A stretch of DNA of 20,000 nucleotides, taken from the IMG/VR virus record IMGVR_UViG_3300033153_011590, positions 52,183 to 72,182 of that record. One strand, given 5' to 3'. Made by a program: the position numbers and the translations under genes. How positions within the stretch are numbered: position 1 is the first letter of the stretch; each line of letters starts with the position of its first letter. The DNA comes from an uncultured virus (IMG/VR IMGVR_UViG_3300033153_011590). Lineage: Duplodnaviria > Heunggongvirae > Uroviricota > Caudoviricetes. Below the pieces are notes generated by a model. The model was given only the letters and a program-made list of their open reading frames with translations, was not told the DNA's origin and did no database searches. Below, piece by piece: positions 17,751 through 20,000 of the stretch.

Positions 17751-18953
17751 TTATGTGGTAGTCACAGTACAACCTACTACGGCTGCTATTGCAGCTAATG
17801 CCCTTTGTGGAAAAGCATCGGTATCAGTTGGTGTGGCTACAAGGATAAAGTAAGTACTCTGGTTGTTGAAGTACTCTAACCAACCTCCAACGGAGTATTG
17901 GTCATAAGCCAGAACTTCTACAGTATACTTTGTAGTTGGTATAGCAATAAATTCTGTATTGTGGAAAGGAAGACCATTCAATCTTGATTGACGATAAGGG
18001 CCGGGTTTTCCGGTAAATCCTTCACATTGGTATTCCAGTTCGTTAATATCGTAACCGTATCCTTCACCGTAAATCATTGCTACGGTTTCGGCAGCAGTTG
18101 CCCAGAGGCACTCTCCACCAACAAGTGATGGTACAGCTACAATTTGACGTTGTTTGAAATATTTAGCATTTACACCACAAAAGGTGTACATGTTTGAGAA
18201 TCCATTTTCATCACCTGCACCTAAAGTGAAGGTTATGATAAGGTCACCGGAACCAGTGGTATAACTTCTGATTTCAGCGAGAGTAAGAGCTTCGGTGGTT
18301 GGTGTACCATCAATTGCCCATACACCAGCAGTTCCTGCTACTCCTGTTGGAGTATAAGAAGCACCTGTACCAGTCATACCTGTTCCATCGCAAACGAATC
18401 CAATAAATTGGTCATGGTCATTTCCTACGGCTTCCGCCCATTGAGCACAAATCTCAGCACCAGCATCTTCAGCAGCACCTGTATTACCAACACATTTGGT
18501 AGTTCCCATGAAAGTTTTGGTAGCTTGGTTATAACCGTAACGTTGATAAATTTCAGTGTTTCCACGAAAATCAAATTTAACACCGTAATCGTAGTTAGTT
18601 GCGTCAGCACCAGACTGAACACCTGTAAAGGTTTGAACTGCAATAGCCTGAGCTACGGGAGCAGCATCATTGTTTATAGTTAGATAGTGAATAAGTCCTG
18701 CTCGGATGTGAGTACCTGTAGTGGTATAAATTTCTCCTGCAGTTCCTAGTGTTCCATCACCTACATAGGCAATGAAAAATTCTCTTGGCAGTCCTGAAGC
18801 AATATCAGCATCAAGTGCTGATACTGAGAGTCCTGTATTATAATCATACAGTCCCCAATTACCATTTGCAAGAGCTGATAATGCAGCATCTGCTGCTACT
18901 GCTGCTTCATCAGGAAGGAACAGTACTTTTGAGACATCATTGTTTCTACTCAT
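17751..18953 (-). CDS. Abundant virion protein, probably crAss auxiliary capsid protein (gp36-like)
   Basis: 400 aa, A/G/T-rich, with C-terminal GEGYGYDINELEY..EGF...PYR. More C-ending codons and higher GC than its neighbours by eye. It follows a ring gene and precedes a strong terminator. Confidence 0.6.
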   Translation of the reverse strand: MSRNNDVSKVLFLPDEAAVAADAALSALANGNWGLYDYNTGLSVSALDADIASGLPREFFIAYVGDGTLGTAGEIYTTTGTHIRAGLIHYLTINNDAAPVAQAIAVQTFTGVQSGADATNYDYGVKFDFRGNTEIYQRYGYNQATKTFMGTTKCVGNTGAAEDAGAEICAQWAEAVGNDHDQFIGFVCDGTGMTGTGASYTPTGVAGTAGVWAIDGTPTTEALTLAEIRSYTTGSGDLIITFTLGAGDENGFSNMYTFCGVNAKYFKQRQIVAVPSLVGGECLWATAAETVAMIYGEGYGYDINELEYQCEGFTGKPGPYRQSRLNGLPFHNTEFIAIPTTKYTVEVLAYDQYSVGGWLEYFNNQSTYFILVATPTDTDAFPQRALAAIAAVVGCTVTTT

Positions 18954-18978
18954 AATTGTAAAATTTAATTGTTAATAA

Positions 18979-19704
18979 TTATAGTAATTGTTTCGTCCTT
19001 AACACTCCTTGTTTGAATTGAGCTGCTAAGGGCATTTCTAAGTCACCGGTTGTTAGCATTACTGCTAAGTCAACGATTTCTTTATGTGTGTGTTCTGGTA
19101 ATATAGAATCTCGAAATCCTGTAAATGGTGTTGTACTACCGGGAAGTTTGTAACTACCAGAAGCAAAGTCTTCAGCATTATGTATATAATCAGGCTGTAA
19201 AATATAATCAATAGAAAAACTTTCTACTGTAGCTTCTTCAGGTGTAAATATTTTTATCCCTGTTGAGAAAAATCTTATATTACATTCTCGCCAATCAAAG
19301 TCAGATTTATAAAAATCCCTCCTTTCATTTTGGTCATTATGACGGATAATGTTAGTTGTAAATCTTCGTGATTCACAATTGTCTTTACCTATCAATAATT
19401 TACCTGTAGATAAATAATACATATAATTATCAGGAAGAGTTGCAACGAAATTTCCATCAATATCTTCTCTTAGTGCTAAATCTATGTCATCCCTTACAAG
19501 GATTCTCAAATCATCAATTGTTCTTTGAGAGGTTTCAAACCCAAATTGATTCTTATATCTTGGTTCTGCAATAAGTAAAATAAATAACAGCATTCCCTCA
19601 TTCAGTTTCCTGTCAATTTCAGGAATCTGAAGATTCACATAAGCATTGCTGTCAATCTTATCCAGCTTCTGCTTAAAATCATAATGCATGTTCTTTATAC
19701 TCAT
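18979..19704 (-). CDS. Tail ring protein (crAss gp34/gp35-like)
   Basis: 241 aa. Motifs MHYDFKQKLDKIDS, EID..LN, FETSQRTIDDLRILV, LPDNYMY, IDYI.QP and LPEHTHKEIVDLAV match recalled crAss ring proteins downstream of the capsid gene. Confidence 0.75.
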   Translation of the reverse strand: MSIKNMHYDFKQKLDKIDSNAYVNLQIPEIDRKLNEGMLLFILLIAEPRYKNQFGFETSQRTIDDLRILVRDDIDLALREDIDGNFVATLPDNYMYYLSTGKLLIGKDNCESRRFTTNIIRHNDQNERRDFYKSDFDWRECNIRFFSTGIKIFTPEEATVESFSIDYILQPDYIHNAEDFASGSYKLPGSTTPFTGFRDSILPEHTHKEIVDLAVMLTTGDLEMPLAAQFKQGVLRTKQLL

Positions 19705-20000
19705 TCTTTATCTTTTTTTACTGGCCTTCGAGGTTTTTTTACAACTTTGGGTTTCTCCTCAACTTTAACCTCTTCCGGCTCAGTTTTAATAAACTCTTCT
19801 GGCCCAAGTATCGGTTCTGACTCAGGTTCTGTTATATGTTCTTTACCATAAGGAGCATCTGGTTCTGGTTCAAATTTAGGTATTTCTACCTTTTCTTTTG
19901 GTTTTGTAAAGGTCATCTTCTCAAGCATACTTGCTTTAATCATTTGATTATCAGGGTCTGCAAAATATTTTACAGCCTCTTCAAGATTATGTCCGATACG
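19701..20000 (-). CDS. C-terminal part of a larger gene, probably the conserved gene after the major capsid gene (gp33-like); 5'-truncated
   Basis: The frame stays open upstream of the track's ATG to the window edge (RIGHNLEEAVKYFADPDNQ-MIKASMLEK...). It ends in a P/E/K-rich disordered tail and has an ATGA overlap with the ring gene. Confidence 0.6.
   Translation of the reverse strand, partial: RIGHNLEEAVKYFADPDNQMIKASMLEKMTFTKPKEKVEIPKFEPEPDAPYGKEHITEPESEPILGPEEFIKTEPEEVKVEEKPKVVKKPRRPVKKDKE

Noticed and set aside
4957..18643. Short alternative-frame minus-strand ORFs (4957..5169, 9833..10018, 10043..10279, 13071..13307, 18425..18643)
   Set aside because: They overlap or nest in longer genes, and most show the M/L/I/K-rich composition expected from off-frame reading of AT-rich acidic genes.
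154..18683. Plus-strand ORFs in the track (for example 154..396, 1363..1656, 4032..4570, 14401..14838, 18408..18683)
   Set aside because: All are antisense shadows of well-supported minus-strand genes and have no recognisable motifs.
19701..19943. Standalone 80-aa protein as given in the track
   Set aside because: The frame is open to the window edge with protein-like sequence, so this is the tail of a longer gene.

Overview
AT-rich, densely coding window whose real genes all lie on the minus strand. It reads as the virion-structure and lysis region of a crAss-like phage (Crassvirales or a close relative, probably with a Bacteroidota host). In transcription order (20000 to 1): the C-terminus of a gene that probably follows the major capsid gene, a ring protein, a putative auxiliary capsid protein with a terminator, about 9 kb of accessory fibre/adhesin-like genes, a lysis cassette (TM protein, holin, M15 peptidase, spanin-like protein), a small fibre-like gene, a PD-(D/E)XK nuclease, a ring protein, an IHF-like protein, a small ORF, another ring protein, and a muzzle/tail-stabilisation gene of more than 1158 aa that the ORF track missed because it runs off the window. 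Three observations stand out: (i) four tandem genes share a ~55-aa N-terminal module joined to different C-termini (none, LRR, two related beta-rich tips); (ii) a four-gene cassette contains two proteins with a shared domain and one protein with a duplicated insert; (iii) the muzzle protein carries a ~54-aa hydrophobic hairpin. Family assignments come from recalled motifs and synteny, not from database searches.
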